64,000 bases of DNA from an uncultured Gemmatimonadales bacterium (GTDB taxonomy: Bacteria > Gemmatimonadota > Gemmatimonadetes > Gemmatimonadales > GWC2-71-9), in contig CAVYSW010000003.1 of the NCBI GenBank assembly GCA_963771275.1, positions 384,001-448,000 on the forward strand, written 5' to 3'. The position numbers were made by a program, and so were the translations under genes. The notes under the pieces were generated by a model that saw only the letters and a program-made list of their open reading frames with translations, was not told the origin of the DNA and ran no database searches. Shown here in pieces: positions 30,901 to 40,127 of this stretch. The first letter of the stretch is position 1, and each line of letters starts with the position of its first letter.

Positions 30901-32163
30901 CAGGTCGCCGAGCGGGCTCTTCAACATCATGATCGCGAGCGCGCCCGCTCGGTAGGAGCGGGTGTTTGACGTCGGCCCGGTGCACCCGTTGCCGTCCGGG
31001 CGGCGGAAGGACTGGTCGCACGGACCGCCCGCCCCCTGGACGTTCGAGTTGTGCATGACGACCATCCCCTTGTCGGGCAGTGCGTACCGGGAGCCGTTCT
31101 GGTCAGACATCAGCTCGCCGTACCCAAACCCGAAGTAGAGCGAGTCGTAGTCGATCCCCGCGCCCCAGATGTCCTCCGACCGGTTGATGATCGAGACCTG
31201 CACGAAGTACGCGTCGTTGACCGTCGGCACCCCGAAGTTGAACGCCTCGAAGTGGAGCTTGAGCCCCAGCGGATACCCCTGCAGGATCGGCGTGCCCGTC
31301 CCGCCCGGCACGACGGCGCCGTAGTTCGGCAGGATGTCGGAGCTGTAGTCGCTGGTCTCGCCGTAGGTGTGCATCCGGCTCCCGAGGAACGGCTTGTCGA
31401 GCCGCTGGTTCTCCGCCGGCACGCGCCAGAAGTCGAACGCGAAGTTGTCGCCCTGGGCGTCGAACAGCGTCTTGTAGCCCGCCTCGTCGATCGGGTGCGC
31501 GCCCTTCCACCCGTCACTGCCCCACGTGTCCGGACAGTCCGAGCCCGGCAGCAATTGCAGCCCGGTCGTGTAGAACCCGTTGAACCGGCCCGTATGGTCT
31601 TTGCACGAGCCGTCGGCCGTGTTGGTGGCCCCGGAGAACATCTTGCCCAGGGTGCCGTCGGCCGGCCCGATCCGCCGCGGGGCGCCCAGCACCACGGCGT
31701 TGTAGCCGCCCGTCCAGCCGCCGCCCCTGGCGTTGGCGATCGACGGCGCGACCTGCTTGATCTTCACGTACGCTTCGGGCGGCGCCGCCAGGAGCCATTC
31801 CATCTCGAACACCGGCGCGTACCAGGCGTTTTGGGCCGGCGAGAAGATCGTATTCCCCTGGCAGTTCCGCAGCACCGTGGTGCAGTCGGCGTAGTTGCTG
31901 AGCGCCGAGCCGAACCGGCCCGTCGAGCGCATGCCGGAAAACGCGGCGTCGCCGCCGCCGAACAGGTTGAAGCCCCGCCGCACGGTCCGGGTGTCGAAAT
32001 CCGGCCCGGCTCCACCGGCGTCAATGATGGTGACCTCGGGCTCGGCTCGCTGGGACACAGCGCGCTGTGCCACGGCGAGTGAGAGCGGCAGGAGCGTGGC
32101 CACCGCCCCCACCGCGGCCGCCCGGGTCAGCCTCGTGCCAAACATACCCTTGATCAAACGCAT
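27982..32163 (-). CDS. large exported protein (1393 aa) with FN3-like region and T9SS type A / FlgD-like C-terminal domain
   Basis: signal peptide; C-terminal IRVVPNPF...MRIYTVAGQLV...WDLK...IASGLYLW...GKFVVIR; many Cys. Confidence 0.8.
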   Translation of the reverse strand: MRLIKGMFGTRLTRAAAVGAVATLLPLSLAVAQRAVSQRAEPEVTIIDAGGAGPDFDTRTVRRGFNLFGGGDAAFSGMRSTGRFGSALSNYADCTTVLRNCQGNTIFSPAQNAWYAPVFEMEWLLAAPPEAYVKIKQVAPSIANARGGGWTGGYNAVVLGAPRRIGPADGTLGKMFSGATNTADGSCKDHTGRFNGFYTTGLQLLPGSDCPDTWGSDGWKGAHPIDEAGYKTLFDAQGDNFAFDFWRVPAENQRLDKPFLGSRMHTYGETSDYSSDILPNYGAVVPGGTGTPILQGYPLGLKLHFEAFNFGVPTVNDAYFVQVSIINRSEDIWGAGIDYDSLYFGFGYGELMSDQNGSRYALPDKGMVVMHNSNVQGAGGPCDQSFRRPDGNGCTGPTSNTRSYRAGALAIMMLKSPLGDLRNKLFTRTLAGTPCTVGVDKFCRPGHPLAGDTITFNRQGFGDYANAYNYTFATGAKATFGYVAADENLTNDGRDPNSQPDRTLWTVFRSEDWTSNKVHYNKYVPPATPAWDYNHDGIPDTLALNTCGRLGCAGVDSDTMPGGWINRRGNIGGLQSFGPFKLAAGDTTSLIYAMVGDGDSTAFWSQVKAVSDLYMSFFLAPDAPPPVDVVSTQLVAGTDQFGSANPSVRIFFSDAPEVWVDAFLAKTADDIDAAPPTALYGQLRTANPWLADSLRSLARHNLRRLEIYKSCNGGTSWTADGDCDGDPTQVTDTASSGFGWRPYSIFDVDANKGDIPNVFSDGNVDGGRTYLYAIVGRSRGVTLLLKADTLSDAPISYTFEPAIANSLSRSTSDPNVVSVFVPASHPAGFQSAWADTTAAPISTVPFTLSLSENVATQSYRAVFGTEILVERDSNTATHQAFRSLVTIQRRDTVDVAGASVDSVIRRESFTYTGPEVFLVTGTAVGNLGSTVTSDTTRMATLYGRTAPDTGLAFVLAEVNGTPVFGSTTLTADKATPTTLFGRAQYPGFTINADNSVKGNINITTCPTNFVSCPGPESQYRGEESRAELKLFASDTIVPRGRVNANMVQWREASSTRAIDGGGNYEVSWVDDPYGAQRGFVLDLVNPATTQAEVQAALEARAVGSTGLTDQTTADLLGVAQAELVAVKLPFTIQNRTFDRPVEVAMVRRLLSRVVLGSVQDTISVAVPADVWVPGDALYFIEDIVEDSTTPHGLVLDATGQPVQRTRRAMTFSKAVLGCDQIRESCNPVPLATPGATGYDPMRNGDKTRFGYYLGFTPTTEYAFTVNAAVTGDQITAITDSALALIRVVPNPFVIFSAYQANVTNSRLLFTNVPSRGTMRIYTVAGQLVQQITWEPADLLGDGDLFWDLKTREGIDIASGLYLWVLTAPSDPNNPASAALRARGKFVVIRGDAQ

Positions 32164-32257
32164 GGCATCGTCCTCTTTCGCGGTCCGTCTGGGTGCGCGC
32201 CGCGGACGCGGCGCGGCGGGCGTCCCCCCTCCAGGAGAACGCCCGCCCCGTGTCCCG

Positions 32258-35200
32258 TCAGAAGCTCATCCGAGCACCGAAGTTGATCGAGCGCCGCGGC
32301 CCGAAGTAAGCCGCGCGATCGTAGAACGTGCTGGTTCCCGCCGTCACGCCGTTGCCGGTGCGGCGACGGTCCTGGTCCACCGTGCCACCGTCGCAGTTGC
32401 CCGTGCTGGCGTACACCTGATTGCAGCTGTGCGTGTCGAGCAGGTTGCTCACCCGCAGGAAGACGCCCCACTGCAGGTTGGTCAGCCGGAAGGCCTTGTC
32501 CGCCTGCAGATCGACGTTGAACACGCCCGGCTGCCGGCCGCTGTTCTGCTCGAGCTGCGTGTTGGTCCCGATGCCGAACGTGGTGAACTGCGGCGTGTAC
32601 GGGAAGCCGCTCCGCGCGGTCACGGTCACCGTGGCGCTCGCGTTCCGGACGACCTCATCCAGCAGGCCGATCCCGAACGGCCGCTCGTTCCCCACCCGGA
32701 AGAACACTGAGGCGTTGAGCGAGGCCGGGAGGTCCACTTCCGACCGGATCTCCTTGAGGTTCTGCGGATCGCCCTGCTGCTCACGCTCCGTCTCCAGCTC
32801 CGGCGCCGCCGCGTTGGTCGTGGCCTGCGTCAGACCGAAGTTGAGCCGGAAGCCCCAGTAGTTGAACAGGCGGCGCTGCAGGCTCACCTCGAACCCGCGC
32901 ACCGTCTGGAAGTCCTGGTTGATCATCACCCAGTAGTTGTAGATCGCGTTGCCGTAGGTCGAGCCGACGTCGAAATACCGCGTCCCGTCGGCCGCCTGGC
33001 CGCCCTGCCGGGTGCCGGTGAGCCCGAACTGGTCCTTCGAGAACGCCGCCACCTGCAGGCCGTACTGGCCGCCCAGCTCGGTCGCGAAGCCGACCTCGTA
33101 GGCCGTCGTCTTCTCGATCAGCAGGTTGGGGTTGCCGAGGAACTGGGGCGTCCCCCACACGTTCGTGATGATCGGGTAGCACTGGTCGGTACCCGGGATC
33201 ACCGCGGTCGAGCTGCACAGCCCCAGCGAGTCGCCGGCCACCGTGCCGTTCCCCGTGTTGGTGTACACGTTGTTGTACAGCGGGTTCTGGCTATAGCGGC
33301 CGAAATTGAAGTAGACCTGCGACCGCTCGGTCAGCGGGAAGCTCACCCCGATGCGCGGGCTGAACTGCGTCCGCGTGCTGGCATCCACGAAGTCGTCGGA
33401 CTGCGCCGCCGCCGTCGCCTCCGTCATGAAGGCCCCGTTCAGCGCGCAGGCGGCGAACCCGGTATAGGTCTGACCGTTCTCGACGATCGTATAGTGGCTC
33501 GGATCGGCATCGCAAATCTCGCGCGCCGTCGTCCCGTTGGTCGGATCGCGCGGGTTCGCGAACGCCTTGCCGGGCGCCGCGCCCCAGTCGTACCGCACCC
33601 CGACCTTCACGGTCAGGAAGTCGTACTCGATCTTGTCCTGGATGTAGGCCGCGGCCTCCCACGGCTTGGCGGCGTAGTACTTCGGCACCACGAACACGTC
33701 GTTCGTGCCGACGTTCTCCCACTCCGAGTAGACCAGGTTGTGCTTGGTGTAGGCGCCGCCGAACTGCAGCTGGTGGTGGTCGGTCGCCTGCCCCTGTATG
33801 TCCACGCCGCCCGTCGTGGTGATCAGATGCTCACCGCCGAAGATGACGTCCGTGCCGTCCGTGGCGCTCTTGGTGATGCCGCGCTCCTGGAACTGCTCGG
33901 TGAAGTTCATGTCGGCGAACTGGTTGCCCAGGCAGACGCCCTGCCAGACGTTGCAGGTCTCGCGCCGCTGGTCAAACCGGCCGACCCGGGCCTTGTAGGC
34001 CCAGCGACCCAGCGTGTGGTCCCACTTGGCCGAGAACAGCGTGCGCTGCGCGTAGAGCGAGCCCTGCACCGCGTCGTAGCTGCCGCCCGCGCTGGCCACC
34101 GGCTGCACGACGTTGCCGCCGTTCGTCTGGACGGCGAGCGAGTCTTCCAGGTTGTTCACCGCCGGCGCGTTCAGCGGGAAGAAGCCCATCAACATCCAGT
34201 CGAAGTCGAATGGCAGCCGCTGGCCCTCGTACCGGATGCCCGACACGCTGAGCTTCGCGGTCGGCGTGAAGTAGTAGGTCAGCTTGGCGGTGATGTCCCG
34301 CAGGTTGTTGTAGCCAAACGCCCGCCACCCCGGGAACAGGTCGAGGTTCTGCGGGTTGCCCAGGTTGGGATCCCGACCCGGGGCCGGGCCCGACCCGCGC
34401 GTCACGTCGTTGTCGAACAGCAGCACGCGGTCCGCCCCGGTCTGCACGCGCCCCGCGGCCATGAAGCGCAGCCGCTGCGCGGTGCCCGGGATCGGGCCGG
34501 ACAGATAGCCCTCGAGCTGGCTGTAGCCCATCAGCTCGTCGGGCCGGTTGCCCAGCGCCCCGCCGATGGCGGACGTCTGGTAGCGGAACGCGCCCGCCAG
34601 GTTCGTGCCGCCTTCACGGGTCGCGATGTTGATGATGCCCGACAACGCGTTGCCGTACTGCGGCTCGAAGCCGCCGCGCTGATAGTCGAGCTGCTCGATC
34701 GCCTCGGTCGTGATCCCGAACGACGGGCCGCCAAACACGAAGTTGTTGATCGGCACCCCGTCGATCAGCGTTAGCGACTCGCCACCGCGGCCGCCGCGGA
34801 TCCGGATCGGCGTGATCAGATTCCGCCGGCTCTCGGAGAACGAGATCATGTCCGTGTTCTGCGGCACTTCGATGAAGCCTTGCTGCAGCGCTAGCACGCC
34901 CTGGATGTTGGTCACCGGCAGGGCGGAGATCTCCTCGGCCCGGAGGTTGGTGCCCGTCCCCGTGACCCCGGGCTGCACCAGCGGCACCTCCTCCGCCGTG
35001 ATCGTGATCTGCTCCACGCCGATTGCGCCGGTGGCCGTCAGCTCCACGTCGACCGTGCGCGTCACGTCGATCTGCACCAGGACGTTGCGCACCTCGGCCG
35101 AGGTGTAACCAATCCGGCGTACCATGAGCGTGTACGTGTTCGGTGGCACGTTGACGACGAAGAACCGACCGTTGGCGCCGGTCAACGCGCTGATCCCCGT

Positions 35201-35362
35201 GTTCTGCAGGATCACTTGTGCCCCTTCGAGCGGTACGCCCGACTGGGCGTCCGTGACGATGCCGGTGAGCTTGCCGGTCTGTGCCTGAGCGGTGCCAGCG
35301 GCCACCGCGCAAAGCACGATAACCGCAAGTCCGGCCAAGAGGCGGGACATTGCGTGCTTCAC
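32258..35362 (-). CDS. TonB-dependent receptor with carboxypeptidase-regulatory-like N-terminal domain
   Basis: signal peptide, GKLTGIVTD...PLEGA, plug IRGGRGGE...IDGVP, GGFEPQYGNALSGIINI, terminal Phe; GTG 35362 after AAGGAG. Confidence 0.92.
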   Translation of the reverse strand: MKHAMSRLLAGLAVIVLCAVAAGTAQAQTGKLTGIVTDAQSGVPLEGAQVILQNTGISALTGANGRFFVVNVPPNTYTLMVRRIGYTSAEVRNVLVQIDVTRTVDVELTATGAIGVEQITITAEEVPLVQPGVTGTGTNLRAEEISALPVTNIQGVLALQQGFIEVPQNTDMISFSESRRNLITPIRIRGGRGGESLTLIDGVPINNFVFGGPSFGITTEAIEQLDYQRGGFEPQYGNALSGIINIATREGGTNLAGAFRYQTSAIGGALGNRPDELMGYSQLEGYLSGPIPGTAQRLRFMAAGRVQTGADRVLLFDNDVTRGSGPAPGRDPNLGNPQNLDLFPGWRAFGYNNLRDITAKLTYYFTPTAKLSVSGIRYEGQRLPFDFDWMLMGFFPLNAPAVNNLEDSLAVQTNGGNVVQPVASAGGSYDAVQGSLYAQRTLFSAKWDHTLGRWAYKARVGRFDQRRETCNVWQGVCLGNQFADMNFTEQFQERGITKSATDGTDVIFGGEHLITTTGGVDIQGQATDHHQLQFGGAYTKHNLVYSEWENVGTNDVFVVPKYYAAKPWEAAAYIQDKIEYDFLTVKVGVRYDWGAAPGKAFANPRDPTNGTTAREICDADPSHYTIVENGQTYTGFAACALNGAFMTEATAAAQSDDFVDASTRTQFSPRIGVSFPLTERSQVYFNFGRYSQNPLYNNVYTNTGNGTVAGDSLGLCSSTAVIPGTDQCYPIITNVWGTPQFLGNPNLLIEKTTAYEVGFATELGGQYGLQVAAFSKDQFGLTGTRQGGQAADGTRYFDVGSTYGNAIYNYWVMINQDFQTVRGFEVSLQRRLFNYWGFRLNFGLTQATTNAAAPELETEREQQGDPQNLKEIRSEVDLPASLNASVFFRVGNERPFGIGLLDEVVRNASATVTVTARSGFPYTPQFTTFGIGTNTQLEQNSGRQPGVFNVDLQADKAFRLTNLQWGVFLRVSNLLDTHSCNQVYASTGNCDGGTVDQDRRRTGNGVTAGTSTFYDRAAYFGPRRSINFGARMSF

Positions 35363-35912
35363 TGGGAGCTCTCCTTTTTCTGGGAACGAACGGAAGTTCG
35401 AACGAAACACCTGTATGGCACACCCTCCTTTCGCCCGGCCACGCCTCGGCGCGACCCTTCCACCACGTTGCCGCCGTCAGCGGCACGCCCACCCCAGATC
35501 CCGCCCGACGGCGGAATCCGGCATGTCATGCTCCTAGATCCCTATACCTGTCTGGCTGGCGCACCGTAACACATCACGCCCTGCCAGTGGAACGCGGAAA
35601 CCTCGTGAACCGGCCGAGCCTTCTATCGTGGGGCAGGCGCTCGACGGAATTCCGGAGCGCGCCGCTAGCGATCTGGTCACTGCAAGAGGAACTGCAATCC
35701 GGTGGCCCAAGAAACCAGCCAAGAACCGGACGACAACCTCAAGCTACGGGTCCCCCCAACGGTCCGCAAGAGGCCCGAACCGGGAAACCCAACCTAGCGC
35801 CGGGGACCAGGTCCGGCATATTCTCCCAAAGGACGGGGCACAAAAGACACCGCCGACGCGGGTTCCGCAAGGGGTACCCGTCGGACGGGCCCGAAGGGGG
35901 GAGCGTGGAGTA

Positions 35913-38168
35913 ATGAGGGGGGGGCACTCCGTTGCCGGGCCGGCCGCCACCGGCTCAATTGGTTGGGCCTCACGCGCCGGGTTGCTGGCGCTGCTGCTCG
36001 CGGTGCCGGTCGCAGCCCAAGGCCCGCAGGCCGGCGGCGTCGTCGACGCGCGCCGGCTGGTGGACGAGGCTCTCGTCCTGGCCGACCGCGGCGACACGGC
36101 CGCCGCCCTCGAGCGGCTGGAGCGGGCCACCAAGCTCGCCCCGACCATGGCCGCGGCCCATTACCGGCGCGGCATGCTGCTCGCCCACCAGGCCGGTACC
36201 GGTCTCGGCGACATGGCGAAGCGCCGGGCCGCCGACGCCGCCCTCGAGCGCGCGATCCGATACGAGCAGGGCAACCCCGCCTACTATCTCGAGCTGGGGC
36301 GGTTGCGGCTGAAGCAGGGGGTGATGCGACTCGACGCCCAGCGGCTGTTTGGGCGGGCGCTCTCGGCCGCCAAGGAGCGTGGCGACCCCACCCTGCTCGC
36401 GGACGTCGAGGCCGAGCTGGGCGACATCTACTATCGGCGGTACACGGCCGTGGGCCACCGCCGGCTGCTCACCGGCGACGCCTGGCGGTTCGATCCCGGC
36501 GAGGCGATGGCCAACCCCCATTACGCCAAGGACTTTCTCTCCCAGCGCACATCCGTGATCGAGGACGCCGGGGAGCTCGACCTGCGCCAGGCCGAAGGGC
36601 ACTACCGCGAGGGTGCAGCCGCGTATCCGGCGCACGACCTCTGCAACGCCGGGCTCCTCGGAATCATGTACGACGACGCCCGCTTCGAGGAGTTCCTCGA
36701 ACAGGCGCGGCGGTTCGTGCAGGCGGCGCCGACGAGCGCGCGCGCCCATCTGTTCCTCGGGCTCGGCCTGTGGCGCGTGGGCCGCGGCGCGGAGGCGGCC
36801 CGCGCGTTCGACCGCGGCTTCGCGCTGCTGCCGCCCGGCGAGCGGGATCACCTCACCGACCTGGCGGTCATCCTGCGGCGAACCGACGCGCAACAGTACG
36901 AGGCGCTCACCGCGGCCCAGCGCGCCGAGTTCAATCGCATCTACTGGTCGGCCAACGATCCGCTCAAGCTCACCGCCGAAAACGAGCATCGGCTCGAGCA
37001 TCTGGCGCGGGCGGCCTACACGGACCTGCGGTTCTCCGCGCCCGACCTGCGGATCCGGGGGTGGGACACCGATCGCGGCGTGATCTACCTGCGCTACGGA
37101 CCGCCCCCCGTGGTGGCCACGTTCCCGCCCGAGACCAGCCAGCTCGGCACGGAAATCGGCACCGCCGGCAAGATCACGACGGTGTGGTACTATCCCGACC
37201 GCAACCTGCGCTTCGTGTTCTACGGCCCGCCGGGTTACAACTTCGCCCGCTTCGCCGGGGAGTTCCAGACGTACGTCGAGGACGTGCGCTACGCGCAGCC
37301 CGTCAAGTACGACAACGTGCCGGTGAACGAGGCGATGGACTCGATCCCGGTGCAGGTGGCGGCGTTCCGCGCGCGGGGCGACAGCGCCCAGACCGACCTG
37401 ATGTTCTTCGCCGGGCTGCCGCTCACCCGCATGGCGAGCGGCGTGGATCTCGCCGAAGGCCCGATCCAGCACGGGCTCTTCGTCACGGACCCGCTGGAGC
37501 GGCCGGTCACGACGCAGCGTCGCGACGAAACCGTGCGGTTCACCGATTCGGCGCAGCTCGAGCAGCGCACGTTCACGACGGCGTTGCTGCCGGGTGAATA
37601 CCGCTTCCGGGTCGAGGCGCGGCAGCCCACCACCGGGCGCGCCGCCCGCGGCATGGGACCGCTCACCGTCGAGTCATTCAACCGGCCGACGCTCATGCTG
37701 AGCGACGTGATCCTCGCCGATCGCGTCGCGCCGCGCGTCGAGACCCCGGCGGGCCGCCAGGAATTCCTGCTCGACCCGAACCCCGCCATGCAGTTCGCGG
37801 CGGGCAGTGAGGTCCACCTCTATTGGGAGATGTACAATCTCCAGCCGGACAGCGCCGGCGAGGTCAGCTACGAGGCCGAGGTCATCTTCCGCGTCCAGTC
37901 GCTGGAGCGCCGCGGGCTCGTGGCCAGGATCGTGGGCGGCGTGCTGGACGCCGTGGGGACCACCGCCAAGGGCGACGATCAGGTCTCGGTGCGGTATGAC
38001 GTGTCCACCGCGCTCGCGGGACGTGACCGCCTGCCGGGCTGGGTGGCCGTCAATCTCGCCGACGCGCCGCGCGGCACGTACACCCTCGAGCTGGTCATCA
38101 CCGACCGGCAGACCGGACAGACGGCGATTCGCCGGCGCGCCTTCACCGTGACCGGCGGAACGCCGTGA
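35913..38168 (+). CDS. GWxTD domain protein with N-terminal TPR repeats
   Basis: YWSANDP...ENE, GWDTDRGVIYLRYGPP motif; TPR-like helices; signal peptide. Confidence 0.85.
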   Translation: MRGGHSVAGPAATGSIGWASRAGLLALLLAVPVAAQGPQAGGVVDARRLVDEALVLADRGDTAAALERLERATKLAPTMAAAHYRRGMLLAHQAGTGLGDMAKRRAADAALERAIRYEQGNPAYYLELGRLRLKQGVMRLDAQRLFGRALSAAKERGDPTLLADVEAELGDIYYRRYTAVGHRRLLTGDAWRFDPGEAMANPHYAKDFLSQRTSVIEDAGELDLRQAEGHYREGAAAYPAHDLCNAGLLGIMYDDARFEEFLEQARRFVQAAPTSARAHLFLGLGLWRVGRGAEAARAFDRGFALLPPGERDHLTDLAVILRRTDAQQYEALTAAQRAEFNRIYWSANDPLKLTAENEHRLEHLARAAYTDLRFSAPDLRIRGWDTDRGVIYLRYGPPPVVATFPPETSQLGTEIGTAGKITTVWYYPDRNLRFVFYGPPGYNFARFAGEFQTYVEDVRYAQPVKYDNVPVNEAMDSIPVQVAAFRARGDSAQTDLMFFAGLPLTRMASGVDLAEGPIQHGLFVTDPLERPVTTQRRDETVRFTDSAQLEQRTFTTALLPGEYRFRVEARQPTTGRAARGMGPLTVESFNRPTLMLSDVILADRVAPRVETPAGRQEFLLDPNPAMQFAAGSEVHLYWEMYNLQPDSAGEVSYEAEVIFRVQSLERRGLVARIVGGVLDAVGTTAKGDDQVSVRYDVSTALAGRDRLPGWVAVNLADAPRGTYTLELVITDRQTGQTAIRRRAFTVTGGTP

Positions 38169-39319
38169 GGCGGGCCGCCGCCGCAGGGCTGCTGGTTGCA
38201 GTGCTCGCCGCGCCGCTCCAGGCGCAGTCGGCGGGGCACCGCCTGCCCCGGAAGTGGCTGTTCGCCGCAATCGGGGCGTTGGCCTCCGGAACGGTCGGAC
38301 TCGTCTACGCCGTCAGCTTCGAGCGGGATATCGGCGGATGCTCGGCGGCCGGCTGCGTGCTGACGGTGAGCACCTTGGGCGGCGCCCTGCTCGGCTTCAT
38401 GATCGGGAGCGAAGTGGACCACCTGTACAACATCCGCTACAGCCATGCCCCGCCGATCACGCTGCGCGGCAGGGCGCTCTCCCTCGCGGTGGTTCCCACT
38501 GACCTCGCCGTGCGCGAGCACACCGCGTTCGTGACCGGGCAGGAGGGCATCGAGCTCGTGGGGACGGATCAGCGCCTGGAGCGGCTGGGGTTCAAGGCCC
38601 GCGGGCTGCGCGGGATCGGTCCGATCGCCAGCGACAGCGCCCGCAACGAGCTGCTCGTGGGCACGGCGGCGGGGCTCTACCGCTTTCCCCTCCGCGGCGA
38701 CGACCCCGGCGCACTCGCGTTCCAGGCCGACATCTCCGCGCTCGCGCGCCGCGACGGCGTGCTCGCGCTCGGCCTCGGAACGGATCTGCAGCTCGCCATG
38801 CCCGACGACTCGCTCCGGATGCTCGACTCCGCGCGGACCACCGACAGTCGCGTCGTGGATCTCTCCTGGCAGGGCGATTCCACCCTGTGGGCCCTCACCG
38901 AGGAGGCCCTGACCGCCTATGCGGCAGATTCCTCAGGGGCGCTCACGCACGTCGGCTCGTTCCCGCTCCCCGGCATCGGGCGCCGCCTCGTGATCGGTGA
39001 CTCGCTGGCGTTCGTGGCCGCGGGGTCGGGCGGGCTCTACGCAGTCGACATCCGGGACCCGGCGGCCCCCGTCACGGTGGGTAACTGGAGCGGTGCCCGG
39101 TTCGTCTACGATGTCGCGGTGTCCGGCAGCCTCGTCTACGCCGCGGCCGGCCCCGAAGGGCTGTACGTGCTCCAGCTTGCCGGCGGTACGTTCCATCCGA
39201 TCGGCCTGTCCCGCGGCTTGGGGTTTGTCGCCTCGGTGGAAGCCGGCGAAGGCGCCATCTTCGCGCTCGACCGCGCGGGCGGCACGCTCCGACGCATCGA
39301 CCCCGTGGCTCATCCATGA
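38165..39319 (+). CDS. exported beta-propeller (LVIVD-like repeat) protein
   Basis: signal peptide; repeats AFVAAGSGGLYAVDI / VYAAAGPEGLYVL. Confidence 0.7.
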   Translation: MRRAAAAGLLVAVLAAPLQAQSAGHRLPRKWLFAAIGALASGTVGLVYAVSFERDIGGCSAAGCVLTVSTLGGALLGFMIGSEVDHLYNIRYSHAPPITLRGRALSLAVVPTDLAVREHTAFVTGQEGIELVGTDQRLERLGFKARGLRGIGPIASDSARNELLVGTAAGLYRFPLRGDDPGALAFQADISALARRDGVLALGLGTDLQLAMPDDSLRMLDSARTTDSRVVDLSWQGDSTLWALTEEALTAYAADSSGALTHVGSFPLPGIGRRLVIGDSLAFVAAGSGGLYAVDIRDPAAPVTVGNWSGARFVYDVAVSGSLVYAAAGPEGLYVLQLAGGTFHPIGLSRGLGFVASVEAGEGAIFALDRAGGTLRRIDPVAHP

Positions 39320-40008
39320 ACCACCGCGTGCTGCTCGCAGCCGCCGGCGTGCTGCTCGTGCTCGGCGGCGGCGCCGCCGCGTTCCGTGCGGCCCGGCCGC
39401 CCGCCGCCGCTCCCGCCACGCCCCGGCCCGAAGCCGCGACGAGCGCGCCTCAGGATTCGGCGTTGGGAGCGCGCACCAAGGGATCGCCCGACGCCCCGGT
39501 GACGGTCCTCGAGATCGCCGACTTCCAGTGCCCGGCCTGCCGGGTCTTCTGGGAACAGACCATGCCCCATCTCCAGCAGGAATACGTGGAGTCGGGCAAG
39601 GTGCGCTTCGTGTTCCTGAACCTCCCCCTGGTGGAAATCCACCACAACGCCGCCGCCGCAGCGCAGTTCGCCATGTGCGCCGCACGGCAGCATCGCTTCT
39701 GGCCGATCCACGATGCGCTGTTCGAGCATCAGTCGGCATGGGCCGCGCTGCCGGATCCGAGTGCCTACTTCTTCAGCCTCGCCGCCGCCGCGGGCCTCCG
39801 GACCGACGCGCTCGGCGCGTGCGTCGGCGACACCGCCCTCCGAACCGCGATCGCCGCCGAGGCCGAGGGTCTGGCACGGGCAGGCGTCCGCAGCACCCCG
39901 TCGTTCGTGATCGACGGCAGCTTGCTCGAAGGAGCCGCCCCGATCGAGAGCTGGCGGCCGATCCTGGATTCGATCTACGCGGCCAAGAAGAACGCCGTTA
40001 GCCGATAG
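39316..40008 (+). CDS. DsbA family thioredoxin-fold protein
   Basis: KGSPDAPVTVLEIADFQCPAC, GVRSTPSF cis-Pro loop; its TAG stop lies in the heptamer array. Confidence 0.9.
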   Translation: MNHRVLLAAAGVLLVLGGGAAAFRAARPPAAAPATPRPEAATSAPQDSALGARTKGSPDAPVTVLEIADFQCPACRVFWEQTMPHLQQEYVESGKVRFVFLNLPLVEIHHNAAAAAQFAMCAARQHRFWPIHDALFEHQSAWAALPDPSAYFFSLAAAAGLRTDALGACVGDTALRTAIAAEAEGLARAGVRSTPSFVIDGSLLEGAAPIESWRPILDSIYAAKKNAVSR

Positions 40009-40054
40009 CCGATAGCCGATAGCCGATAGCCGATAGCCGATAGCCGATAGCCGA
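39999..40054 (+). repeat. heptamer tandem array (TAGCCGA)8
   Basis: eight perfect copies read directly. Confidence 0.97.
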
Positions 40055-40127
40055 CGAGTGCGATGGACTGCGCCCGCGCGCAACGAAGTGGTGCTCCCAC
40101 CCCCGACAATCTGGTTACCCTAGCCGC

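Noticed and set aside
23378..35362. Complete type IX secretion system or classical SusCD PUL
   Set aside because: No porKLMN/sprA, no SusD-like TPR lipoprotein and no recognisable glycoside hydrolase in the window.
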